DNA of 64,000 nucleotides from Octopus vulgaris (lineage: Eukaryota): contig OX597830.1 in NCBI GenBank assembly GCA_951406725.2, forward strand, positions 10,416,001 to 10,480,000, written 5' to 3'. The notes beneath the pieces were generated by a model, which worked only from the letters and a program-made list of their open reading frames with translations, was not told the origin of the DNA and searched no databases. This document shows positions 39,965 to 52,460 of the stretch, in pieces. Numbering within the stretch: the stretch's first letter is position 1; every line of letters starts with the position of its first letter. Made by a program: the position numbers and the translations under genes.

Positions 39965-40690
39965 CGAGTCGATTACATCGAACCCCAGTACGCAACTGGT
40001 ACTTAATTTATCGACCCCGAAAGGATGAAAGGCAAAGTCGACCTCGGCGAAATTTGACTCAGAACGTAGTGGTATACGAAATATCTATTTCTTTACTACC
40101 CACAAGGGGCTACACACAGAGGTGACAAACAAGGACAGACAAACGGATTAAGTCGATTACATCGACCCCAGTGCGTAACTGGTACTTAATTTATCGACCC
40201 CGAAAGGATGAAAGGCAAAGTCGACCTCGGCAGAATTTGAACTCAGAACGTAGTGGCAGACGAAATACCTATTTCTTTACTGCCCACAAAGGGCTACACA
40301 CAGAGTGGACAAACAAGGACAGACAAACGGATTTAAGTCGATTACATCGACCCCAGTGCGTGACTGGTACTTAATTTATCGACCCCGAAAGGATGACAAG
40401 GAAAGTCGACCTCGGCAGAATTTGAACTCAGAATGTAGTGGCAGACGAAATACCTATTTCTTTACTGCCCACAAGGGGCTAAACACAGAGGGGACAAACA
40501 AGGACAGACAAACGGATTTAAGTCGATTACATTGACTCCAGTGTGTAACTGGTACTTTATTTATCGACCTCGATAGGATGAAATGGCAAAGTCGATCTCG
40601 GCGGAATTTGAACTCAGAACGTAACGGCAGACGAAATACTGCAAAGCATTTCACCTGGCGTGCTAACGTTTCTGCCAGCTCGGCGCCTTA
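39965..40690 (-). mobile_element. SINE family B tandem array, four ~180 bp units under one head
   Basis: gtcgattacat recurs near 39968, 40152, 40337, 40522; single head at 40670-40689. Confidence 0.93.
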
Positions 40691-41501
40691 TGTTACTTAC
40701 ATAATACATACATTACAAGTGTATAGATGGATGGTAAGAAGTTATTAGAGTCGTAAGAGCGTTAAATAGGCTGCCGTTCGGTATTCGTTCCAACGCTCGA
40801 CGCTGTGTGTTCAAATCCCACACTGGTCAACTTCGCCTTCAATCTTTTGGTAATCGATGAAAAAAATAAAAGCACCAGTGTAGGGCTGTGCTTTACCGGA
40901 TCGGTTAAAGAATCGGGCATGATGCTTTGCAACATATATGCCGGTTCTTGGTGTTCTGACAGCAATGCTTGTCACAATATTGGTACCGAGTTGTTTTAGC
41001 TTAAATCGGCGGCTTTTTTCTTTGGACAAACATCGGTGGCGTGCTGGGAGGAGACTTGTGCGTTCGAGGAAACTCCCAACCTTCTTTAAGAAAACCTTAT
41101 TAGCAGGCCTTCACATGCTTTTGAAGATGCACGATCAACCTTGACCGATGGAGTCTCCTCGTCATAGAAGCGGTGTGTGTGTGTGTGTGTTGGTGTGTAT
41201 GTACGAGTATTATGTGTATCAGTATTGTTTGTGTGTATTGCGTATGTACATGTGTGTGCACGTTTGTGTGCCTATGTGCTTATGTTCGTGTGCGCAAGTG
41301 TGTTTTTTTTATATGTGCACGTGTATATATGCGTGTATATATGTACATGTGTGTGCGTAATATAAACGGTTAGGATAAGGATATTTGCAAATATAAATAT
41401 ATAATTGAAAGTAAAGCTTATGTGTCGCTTTTATACACACACAGAGCACAAGCAGTTCACGTGATGCCAGTCATAAGCTATGCTATACAACTACATTATG
41501 C

Positions 41502-41533
<32 letters not shown>

Positions 41534-42056
41534 ATACGCACACATACACCAACAGAACATCATATGCATTGACGTTCTTATCAGAGCACTGTAAAATCGA
41601 TTATATTTGGCCGGGGATGATATATGAGATGTTGAGGTGTTTTTTCGAAGATTACGAAAGCAAAGAGAAAACTTTAACACGATTTTAGCTTAAATGTCTC
41701 GCGTAAATTACTAAAATATCTAGGCTAAGTTACATTTGTATGATGATGGCGATGGTGGTGCGGGAGATGAGCTGTTATAGCGCCCTCTATTCGAATACTA
41801 TTTATATATTTATATACTTTTTCTACTTGTTTCAATCATTGTACTGTGGCTATGCTGAGCTATGGCCTTGAAACATTTTAGTCGTTTCAAATTGCTCCCT
41901 GCACATATTTCTTAATAGTTTTTTTTTTTTTTGCGTTTTTTTTTTTTTGCAGTTTTGTCATTATTATATCACTCTTTTTTGCCGAACCGCTAAGTTACGA
42001 GAACGTAACCAAACTAATGCTGGTAGTCAAGAGGTAGAAGTGACAAACACATACAC

Positions 42057-42200
42057 AGTGGCTGTGTGATAAGAAGCTTACTTCCCAATCGCATGGTTTA
42101 GTCCCACTGCGTGGCACCTTGAGCAAGTGTCTTCTATAGACTCGGGCCGACCAAAGCCTTGTGAGTGGAATTGGTAGACGGAGACCGAAAGAATCCCGTC

Positions 42201-42202
<2 letters not shown>
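42057..42202 (+). mobile_element. SINE family A head leading into a (TA)n expansion
   Basis: gtggctgtgtgataagaagc...gtggcaccttgagcaagtg...cccgtcg. Confidence 0.85.
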
Positions 42203-43300
<1,098 letters not shown>

Positions 43301-44360
43301 CCTGCTCCCTTAGCCAGCGGGGTGGCGTCATTCAAAGGCGAACGCATTGTGACCAGCGATGTGTAACAACATCTGATGGTCTGGTCGGTCACGTGATCAC
43401 GTGATATATATATATATACACACACACCACAGAAATGCAAACCCATTTGTCCCCTAATGCACTTCTCTTTTTTTATCATTATTCATGTGTGTTGTTTAAT
43501 GTAATCATAATCACATTCGAACATTCACAGAAAGATCAGTTTATAAAACAAGAGTAATATTCTTACGACGAACATGTTGACAGTGAGTTCGACATTTCGC
43601 GACGGACTGCATACATGAGTATGTATGTGTTTTTGTTTTTTTTTTCATTATCGCAAAATATGTCCAACTTGTTATTCTCAGAATCGATCCTGGTACTGCA
43701 CTCTTAATTTACTGATGAACCCCAAAAGGATAATTTAAAAACAAAAATAAAATATATCAGTTTCTGATCCGATTTGAACTCAGAGCGCAAAGACCTCCAA
43801 ACGAATACAGAGCCGGGGTTTCTATTTGATGATATAACAGGCTCTGCCAATTCGCCATTTTTAAAGTTGCATCAAGCCGTATTTGACCTGGTGCGTAATG
43901 CCCTCGTTTCGCTCCAAAGAAACTGTGAATATTATACAACTGTAGCCGGTTATATATCGTGGTAGATTCCAACGGAGAGAGCAAACATTACGAACTAACG
44001 ACTGCTTGGGCCACCTACTGTTTCTTTGATTTTTACTAAATCTAAGTTAACGCTGTCAAATAAGAATTATTCGTACGTAAAAGAAAATAAATATAGTTGT
44101 ACTAAACACTACTTTGTAACTGGAATAGGAACACTTAGAATATATCCGGCAAGTGTGACCTTTGTGGTCATGAAAATGGGTGTGAATATCTTTAAGACTG
44201 TATTTTGGTTAATCCAAAAATGTTGACCCAATAAATAAAATGCTTCTGTGTTTTACTATAATTTGTCCTTCAACTACGTCTATAAGTATATTTAAAACAT
44301 GTGTCCTATAAATATATAAAACGTGTAGTATTAAAAACGTATGCACCTACACATAACCCA

Positions 44361-44748
44361 GGCGCAGGAGTGGCTGTGTGGTAAGTAGCTTGCTTACCAA
44401 CCACATGGTTCCGGGTTCAGTCCCACTGCGTGGCACCTAGGGCAAGTGTCTTCTGCTATAGTCCCGGGCCGACCAATGCCTTATGAGTGGATTTGATAGA
44501 CGGAAACTGAAAGAAGCCTGTCGTATATATATATATGTATGTGTGTGTGTTTGTGTGTCTGTGTTTATCCCCCTAGCATTGCTTGACAACCGATGCTGGT
44601 GTGTTTACGTCCCTGTCACTTAGTGGTTCGGCAAAAGAGACCGAGAGAATAAGTACTGGGCTTACAAAGAATAAGTCCCGGGGTCGAGTTGCTCGATTAA
44701 AGGCGGTGCTCCAGCATGGCCGCAGTCAAATGACTAAAACAAGTAAAA
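44361..44748 (+). mobile_element. SINE family A, full length
   Basis: ggcgcaggagtggctgtgtggtaag head to aacaagtaaaa tail; taaccca on both sides may be a TSD. Confidence 0.95.
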
Positions 44749-45097
44749 TAGTAACCCATACCACAATGCGTTCACATCTCTCCCTTTACCTATCTTTAAC
44801 ACGGATACACTCCTTTAGATGTACACACCAACCCGCCACGTTCTCTTTTCCTAACACCCCCACAGATCCGCGACCCCGTTTGTCTTCTAACCCCCTTTTT
44901 TTTCTAACCACTTTATCTCGTTTTTAATTTTCCCACCACTTTCTTTTTTTTTTTTTTTTGCTTTATTATATTCTGACGATGGACTAATATCAAAACGTCG
45001 AGACATTTCCCCATTTTTTTAAGTGTTAAATTATTACAATATTTGCTATAACCTATCCCTTGCATGTTGTTATCTTCCACGCTTCATTGCTCTATAT

Positions 45098-45525
45098 TAC
45101 TCTTTACTCTTTTACTTGTTTCAACCATTTGACTGCGGCCATGCTGGAGCACCGCATTTAGTCGAGCAAATCGACCCCAGGACTTATTCTTTGTAAGCCC
45201 AGTACTTATTCTATCGATCTCTTTTGCCGAACCGCTAAGTGACGGGGACGTAAACACACCAGCATCGGTTGTCAAGCAATGCTAGAGGGACAAACACAGA
45301 CACACAAACATATACACACACACACACACACATGTATATATATATATATACATATATACACACGACAGGCTTCTTTCAGTTTCCGTCTATCAAATCCACT
45401 CACAAGGCTTTGGTCGGCCCGAGGCTATAGCAGAAGATACTTGCCCAAGATGCCACGCAGTGGGACTGAACCCGGAACCATGTGGTTGGTTAGCAAGCTA
45501 CTTACCACACAGCCACTCCTGCGCC
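45098..45525 (-). mobile_element. SINE family A, full length
   Basis: Reverse complement of the 44361 copy. Confidence 0.95.
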
Positions 45526-45564
45526 TATATATGTGTGTGTGTGTGTAAAGAGATAAAGACCCTC

Positions 45565-45888
45565 CCCCCTTCGGTCATGAATGACCTTGGGATTGCACCT
45601 AGAAAGTTCCCATCCAAGGCACAAGTCCAGGCAAGGTTGATTGTGGAAGACCAGCAGTCGCCCATGCATACCGGCCTCCCTTCTCCATGCCACCGATGTT
45701 ATGCAAGGGAAAGGCAAAGGGGCCGATACAGCTTGGCACCAGTGATGTCACAACACATTTTTACAGCTGAGTGAACTGGACCAACGTAGAGTAAAGTGCT
45801 CAAGAACACAACAAACAGCCCGATCCGGGAATCGAACTCACAACCTCATGATTGTGAGCCCAGCTCTCTATTCACTGAATCATGCACC
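45565..45888 (-). mobile_element. SINE family E (tRNA head, CORE-like domain)
   Basis: Minus-strand B box gagttcgattccc followed by ttcttgagcacttta; 3' part cctagaaagttccc...ggaagaccagc also at 370-440. Confidence 0.7.
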
Positions 45889-45889
45889 T

Positions 45890-46416
45890 ACACACGCACA
45901 TACAAACACACACGCGCACGCATACAAACACATACGCGCACTGATACAAAAGCACACACACGCGTACAAAAACACAAACACGCATACAAACACACACACA
46001 CGCATACAAACACACACGCATGCAAAAACACACACGCATGCGAACACACAGGCATGCGAACACACACGCATGCCAAAACACACACGCATACAAACAGACA
46101 CGCATACAAACACACACGCATACAAAACACACGCACAAACATACAAACACATACACACACATACACACGTACAAATACACGGACACACACACACACACTC
46201 ATACACACACACGCACAAACACACACACATACAAACAAGCACATATACAAACATACACGCACATATAAACACACACACGCACATATAAATACACACGCGC
46301 ACATATAAACTCACACACACACACACACATATATAAACACACACACACATAAACACACACACACACACACATACAAACACAAACGCACACACAAAAACGC
46401 ATACGCACACACACAC
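45890..46416. repeat. Degenerate (CA)n satellite with gcatacaaacac units
   Basis: Direct reading. Confidence 0.92.
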
Positions 46417-46981
46417 ATCATGCCATGTATTGCGAATTTAAACTAAAACTTAGCGCCTCTTCCGCCGAAGCTTCACTACTCAGTACTCGTGTACTGGGCA
46501 CTGAGCTCATTGACCAATATTCCTGGCAGAGTATCACATAACTAACAGTGATATCTCCTTCCATCAATATCTTAGTTTCTAGGTCGAAATGGACATTTTT
46601 TTTCCACGTTAATATCGTTTCGATTGTTATTTTGTTCGTATATCTTTTCTTTCCCATTCTAAATTTCATTAGTAAAAATTAATATCTGCCGTCAGTTCTC
46701 TGCATGACAATATTATATAGGTTTTTAGACTAAGCAGCAATGGGTGTCAGTTAATATATTATGTAAATGTATACTACATAATGGCTGTGCGTGTATATAT
46801 ACATGTCTATATATGTATATTTATGTTTGTATAAGCTGATGTGTATCGATAGATATCTTACATAAGTAGCGTGTACATATATGGAAATTTAAAAGCATGG
46901 AAATTGAATCAACAGGTTTTAATCACACATCGCAACAATTGTTTCTGTGCAAAGGTAACAGCAGTCTGTTGCTAGATTTTC

Positions 46982-47390
46982 CGCAGGAGTGGCTGTGTGG
47001 TAAGTAGCTTGCTAACCAACCACATGGTTCCGGGCTCAGTCCCACTGCGTGGCACCTTGGGCAAGTGCCTTCTGCTATAGCACCGGGCCGACCAATGCTT
47101 TGTGAGTGGATTTGGTAGACGGAAACTGAAAGAAGCCTGTCGTATATATGTATATATACATATATATATGTGTGTATGTGTCTGTGTTTGTCTCCCTAGC
47201 ATTGCTTGACAACCGATGCTGGTGTGTTTACGTCCCCGTCACTTAGCGGTTCGGCAAAAGAGACCGATAGCATAAGTACTGGGCTTACAAAGAATAAGTC
47301 CCGGGGTCGATTTGCTCGACTAAAGGTGGTGCTCCAGCATGGCCGCAGTGAAATGACTGAAACAAGTAAAAGAGTAAATGAGTAAAAGAG
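46982..47390 (+). mobile_element. SINE family A, full length
   Basis: Head to (gtaaaaga)n tail, collinear with 44361. Confidence 0.95.
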
Positions 47391-47575
47391 AGAATATGAT
47401 GTATGCCGACCACATCAGCAGGTGAGTGGCTTTGATAGCACTGGTAGTCCATAACCGAGGAGAAACTTTAAAATGCACGATATAATGTTACTACTCAGAC
47501 AGTATTAAATAATATGGATGTGTGTGTGGGGGGGGGTGGATTTGCAAGTGTAATAATATATGTATATGCTTGAAC

Positions 47576-47623
47576 GTCTCTGATGAAGGGATATATAAAA
47601 TATTCCGGAAACAGCTGTAAGAC
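47576..47623 (+). ncRNA. Minimal type I hammerhead ribozyme motif (copy 1)
   Basis: gtct-CTGATGA-a-gggatat(ataaa)atattcc-g-GAAA-cagctg-TA-agac: stem I gtct/agac, 7 bp stem II, palindromic stem III, GUA cleavage triplet. Confidence 0.8.
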
Positions 47624-47680
47624 CTCTTTATAAATGTTCCTAAAACTATAGATAGATAGGTAGATAGATACATAGATAGG

Positions 47681-47754
<74 letters not shown>

Positions 47755-48068
47755 TGCATATATGTAATCAGGTGACTGAGTACATGAATACGCATGTGTA
47801 TGTACGTATGTATATTGTATGCAGGCCGTCAATGGCATGCACATGGGTGTATATATGCAGGCATGTGGGTATATAAGCATGTGTGTGTGTGTGTACAGCA
47901 TTGGAACCCACACACAGGCACAGGAAACATATATACACTCTTCTGCTTAAATAATGGAACTGCAGATACAATATCCTTACGTATCTCACGTCTGTTTTCA
48001 TTCCTCCATTTCACTCTGTATTTCATATCTTCTCTATAATAACTATTACTTTAACATTTTCTCGCACC

Positions 48069-48116
48069 GTCTCTGATGAAGGGATATACAAAATATCCCG
48101 GAAACAGCTGTAAGGC
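48069..48116 (+). ncRNA. Minimal type I hammerhead ribozyme motif (copy 2)
   Basis: gtct-CTGATGA-a-gggatat(acaaa)atatccc-g-GAAA-cagctg-TA-aggc. Confidence 0.8.
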
Positions 48117-48217
48117 CTCTTTATAAATGCTCTGAAAGCTATTCACAGCCTTGGAATTTTTTCTCATTCTATTAATTTATATATATGTATATGTACACGC
48201 ACACACACATATATATA

Positions 48218-48417
48218 CAGGGTGTCCCAGAAGTCGCGCAGCATTCTCGTTTTCATTTAAAATAATTAAAGTATTTTATTTTATTATATTTTTTCTGCAT
48301 GTTTTATTGTAGAGGGTGCCCAATTTGAGCATTTGTTACGATTAATTTCAAAGTGTTTTTGAAATCAATAAGGGTGTATTCTTTTAAAAAACCAGGGTGG
48401 TGCGCGACATCTGGGAC

Positions 48418-48423
<6 letters not shown>
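48218..48423. mobile_element. Tc1/mariner-type MITE (~206 bp), TA target
   Basis: TIRs cagggtgtcccagaagtcgcgca / tgcgcgacatctgggacaccct, TA on both sides. Confidence 0.9.
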
Positions 48424-48492
<69 letters not shown>

Positions 48493-48783
48493 GCACACAC
48501 GTAGAGAGTAACGTAAAAACTTTACGAAGGATATGTAAATAAGATTATTTATGAATATATCAATGGCCAAACATGTTATCATTAAATATAAAGAAGAAAA
48601 AACGTTTATAATAATGAGCAAGTCACAATTAAAACTAAAAGAGTAAAAAAAAACCTTATATGTTAAAAATAGCAGCCAAAACCACTTTAAGCCCATTATA
48701 TCACGCCTATTATTTCTCTTCGCGATAAAAACTGTCTTCGGGCGACATGGCAAATAGAATCCACAACTTGAAAATAATTGGTT

Positions 48784-48849
48784 AATTCCCTATTGCAATT
48801 TCGGCGTTAAGGACCACTTAAGGGACCCATTCGCCTCATCAGGGGAAAT
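48784..48849 (-). ncRNA. Type I hammerhead ribozyme motif (copy 3, different family)
   Basis: Minus strand: ttccc-CTGATGA-ggcg(aatgggtcccttaagtggtccttaa)cgcc-GAAA-ttgcaa-TA-gggaa; all core nucleotides present, canonical G10.1-C11.1. Confidence 0.85.
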
Positions 48850-49019
48850 ATTCCAATAGATAGAAATGAAAACAAGACTTTACCTTGGGGCTAGCAGGAA
48901 TCCCGACCGGCAATAGAGATGTCTTCACCTCTATCTACACAATCAAGTTTTGAATTCAAATGCCATGCACAGCGAACGACCCCCACGAATGATTTGTTTA
49001 CAGAGATCAAAGGTACATG

Positions 49020-49205
49020 CTGTGCACTAGCTCATTCTCTCCATCAAATTGATGTCACCTGAACAGGTGCACTGTGTGCCGCGCGTCAGGTGTTACAATG
49101 ATCGCAGAGCGATGATAGATTAAGTGTTTTGCTTAAGAATACAACGCACCACCCGGCCTGGCAATTGAAACCGCGATCGAGAGCGTTGCACCCTAACCAC
49201 TAGGT
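49020..49205 (-). mobile_element. SINE family D
   Basis: Homologous to 5660-5865; head cctagtggttagggtg on the minus strand. Confidence 0.7.
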
Positions 49206-49528
49206 TTATGCACTCTTTTGTATACACAGGCACACACATACACACACGTGTGTGAATGCGTGTGTATATGCGTGTGTGTGTGTATTTGTGTGTGTGCGTG
49301 CGAGTGTGGTAATTTCCTGGTATATATGATGCCTGTGTGTGTGTATGTACCTAGATGCGCACAATGTATATTTGTATAGATTCATATATACGTATGTATG
49401 CATGCGTATATGTGTGTGCGCGCGCACGTGCGTAAGGGTATGTAGGTCGATAGACAGACAGACAGACAGATTGATTGATTGATAGATAGATAGATAGATA
49501 GATAGATATAAGCAGGTGGCTGTGAGTA

Positions 49529-49761
49529 ATAAGGCGGCGAGCTGGCAGAAACGTTAGCACCCGGGCGAAATGCCTAGCAGTATTTCGTCTGCCGTTACGT
49601 TCTGAGTTCAAATTCCACCGAGGTCGACTTTGCCTTTTATCCTTTCGGGATTGATTAAATAAGTATCAGTTACGCACTGGGGTCGATATAATCGACTTAA
49701 TCCGTTTCTCTGTCCTTGTTTGTCCCCTCTGTGTTTAGCCCCTTGTAGGCAGTAAAGAAAT
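49529..49761 (+). mobile_element. SINE family B monomer with ~15 bp TSD
   Basis: aggtggctgtgagta (49514) / aggtggctatgagta (49762). Confidence 0.92.
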
Positions 49762-49944
49762 AGGTGGCTATGAGTATATGTGTATGCATGTAGTTCTATG
49801 CATGTGTATGTACGTATGCATATTGTATGCATGCTGTGTTTAACATGCATATGGGTGTATATATGCACGTATGTGGGTTTGTATATATTTATACACAAGC
49901 ACATATGCTTGAGAATAAGCATATACGTGTATATTTGTGGAGAC

Positions 49945-50511
49945 GTATATATATATATGTATGTATGTATATGTATGCATATATATACATATATGTATGT
50001 ATGTATATACATATATTTATATGTATGCATATATGTATATAGATATATGTATTTATATATATATACATATATGTATGTATATATATACATATATATATAT
50101 GTATGTATATATATATACATATATATATATGTATCTATATACATATATATATGTATGTATATACATACATATATGTATGTATATACATATATATATGTAT
50201 GTATATACATATATATATATGTATGTATATACATATATATATATATGTATATGTATATACATATATATATATATGTATATACATATATATATGTATATAT
50301 ATATACATACATATATATATATATGTGTATATATATACGCACATATATATATGTGTATATATATACACACATATATATATGTATGTATATATATACATAT
50401 ATGTATATATGTACATATATATATATGTATGTATATATATACACATATATATATGTATGTATATATATACATATATATATATATGTATGTATATATACAC
50501 ATATATATATG

Positions 50512-50545
<34 letters not shown>

Positions 50546-50720
50546 ATATATATATATGTATATATATATGCATGTGAATGTGTATATGTATGCGTATGTA
50601 TTGTATACATATGCATGTATGTACACGATTATATATGTGTGCACATGTGAATATATATACACGCACACACACCCATGCATCTATATGTGCTTATATATAT
50701 ATATATGTGTGTGTGTGTTC
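49945..50720. repeat. (TA)/(TG)/(CA) compound microsatellite
   Basis: Direct reading. Confidence 0.95.
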
Positions 50721-51094
50721 ATGTCTCCGATAGAAATCAGGTGATGCTATAACGAAAGCAAAGTGCATTTCGCAAGAAACTCTATCGTATATCGGCTAGC
50801 CATAATACACTGATCTGGGCGTGTGTTGCCTCAAATGCAATGTTGATAGCAGATATTAATCCCCTGCTTACGTTAGTAAACAGGAGACAAAAATATCCCC
50901 CCCACACCTTCAAAGACTCTGGAGATTTATGGTAACGCAATGTCACCATGTGAAATGTTAGTGATGAAGTCTCGTTTAATATTTTGCAGCTTTTTTTTTT
51001 ACTCCCTTGGTTCCATAGATTTTTTGATTTTTTACATAGTTTGGTGAATGAATGGGAAAATATGTTTTCTCAATATTTGTCGTATACCATAGAA

Positions 51095-51450
51095 TGCGGC
51101 GAGATGGCAGAATCGTTAGCCCGACGGGCAAAATGCTTAGCGGTATTTCGTCTGCCGTTACGTTCTGAGTTCAAGTTCCGCAGAGGTCGACTTTGCCTTT
51201 CATCCTTTTGGGGTCGATAAATTAAGTACCAGTTACGCACTGGGGTCGATGTAATCGACTTAATCCCTTTGCCTGTCCTTGTTTGCCCCCTCTATGTTTA
51301 GCCCCTTGTGGGCAATAAAGAAATAAGAATCGTTAGTACGACGGGCAAAATGCCTAGTGGAATTTCGTTCGTCTTTACGTTCTGAGTTCAAATTTCGTCG
51401 CGGTCGACTTTGCCTTTCAGCCTTTTGGGGGTCGATAAATTAAACACCAA
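51095..51450 (+). mobile_element. SINE family B dimer
   Basis: Head gcggcgagatggcagaatcgttagc, two cores. Confidence 0.9.
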
Positions 51451-51679
51451 TTAACCCTGGCGGCATTTGAAACCAAAGCATCTCTAAAGAAAGATGCTGT
51501 AGTATCTCCTACTATAGTTACGGTACAGTGGGATGGAACCCGAAACCTTGTGGTTACGCAGCGAACTTCTTAACCCTGCAGCCATGCTATATCAGGAAGA
51601 CAGTCACTATCTTTAGTTTACAACAAAGGTGTCAAGTTCGAATCTGGTTCGGTCCTGCGTATATAACTGATAATCATTT

Positions 51680-51890
51680 ATTTTATTGGCACGGGGCCAG
51701 AAATTGCGATTGAGGGAGCTAATCGATTGCATAGATCCCAGTGTTGAACTGGTACTTATTTTATCGACCCCGAAAGGATGAAAGTTGAAGTTTACCCTCG
51801 CAGAATTTGAACCCAGAACGTAAATCTAGATGAAATTCCACTAAATACTTCGACCAGCGTGCTGACGATTCTGCCGACTCGACGTCTTTA
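51680..51890 (-). mobile_element. SINE family B variant
   Basis: ctggtacttattttatcgaccccgaaaggatgaaag core. Confidence 0.8.
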
Positions 51891-52260
51891 CTGATAACGC
51901 GCCGCCTCGAGTATAACAAATTGTAAAGCACGCGATGACGGTCGGAGATCAAATATATCCAAGGATCGCGCAGGTTTAAATAGTAAAACCTTTCCGTCTC
52001 CAATTATGAATTTAGCTAACCTTGTAAAAAGTCTATTGTTGCATTAAATTGTGCCGAGGATGTCCGATAGCGAAGCTCCAGCGTGGGCGTTCGGGAGTTT
52101 TGGAGAGTATGTAGATGGTCCTTGGTCAATACTAGTGCCAAGGTCACTCAAGCTCAGAGTTTTTGCATATCGAGAGTAGCAATAATTTGGTTCTGTGGCT
52201 AAAGCAGGGCTGGATTAAGACCGATTGAGGCCCTGACCATTTAAAAGATTTTGGTACCCC

Positions 52261-52291
<31 letters not shown>

Positions 52292-52309
52292 AGATCGCAA
52301 GCCACTAAA

Positions 52310-52460
52310 CCTGTTTCTATTTTCTCTCCCTGTTTTTTTCTGTGTTCCTTTCTGTCGAAGACCATAGGCTCGAAACGTAAAAGACTTTCTCACTTCCCGA
52401 GCGTTAAACTAATACATCTGTTTGTGGTTTACACACCCATCTTCGTCTTTTTGTTGTTGT
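52310..52460 (+). mobile_element. Putative Penelope-like terminal repeat relic with a degenerate hammerhead
   Basis: cttt-CTGTCGA-agaccataggctc-GAAA-cg-TA-aaag then agcgttaaactaataca; related sequence at ~44970-45050. Confidence 0.5.

Noticed and set aside
43712-43745. CTGATGA hammerhead core
   Set aside because: Decayed SINE B core (atcgaccccgaaaggat); no GAAA or stems
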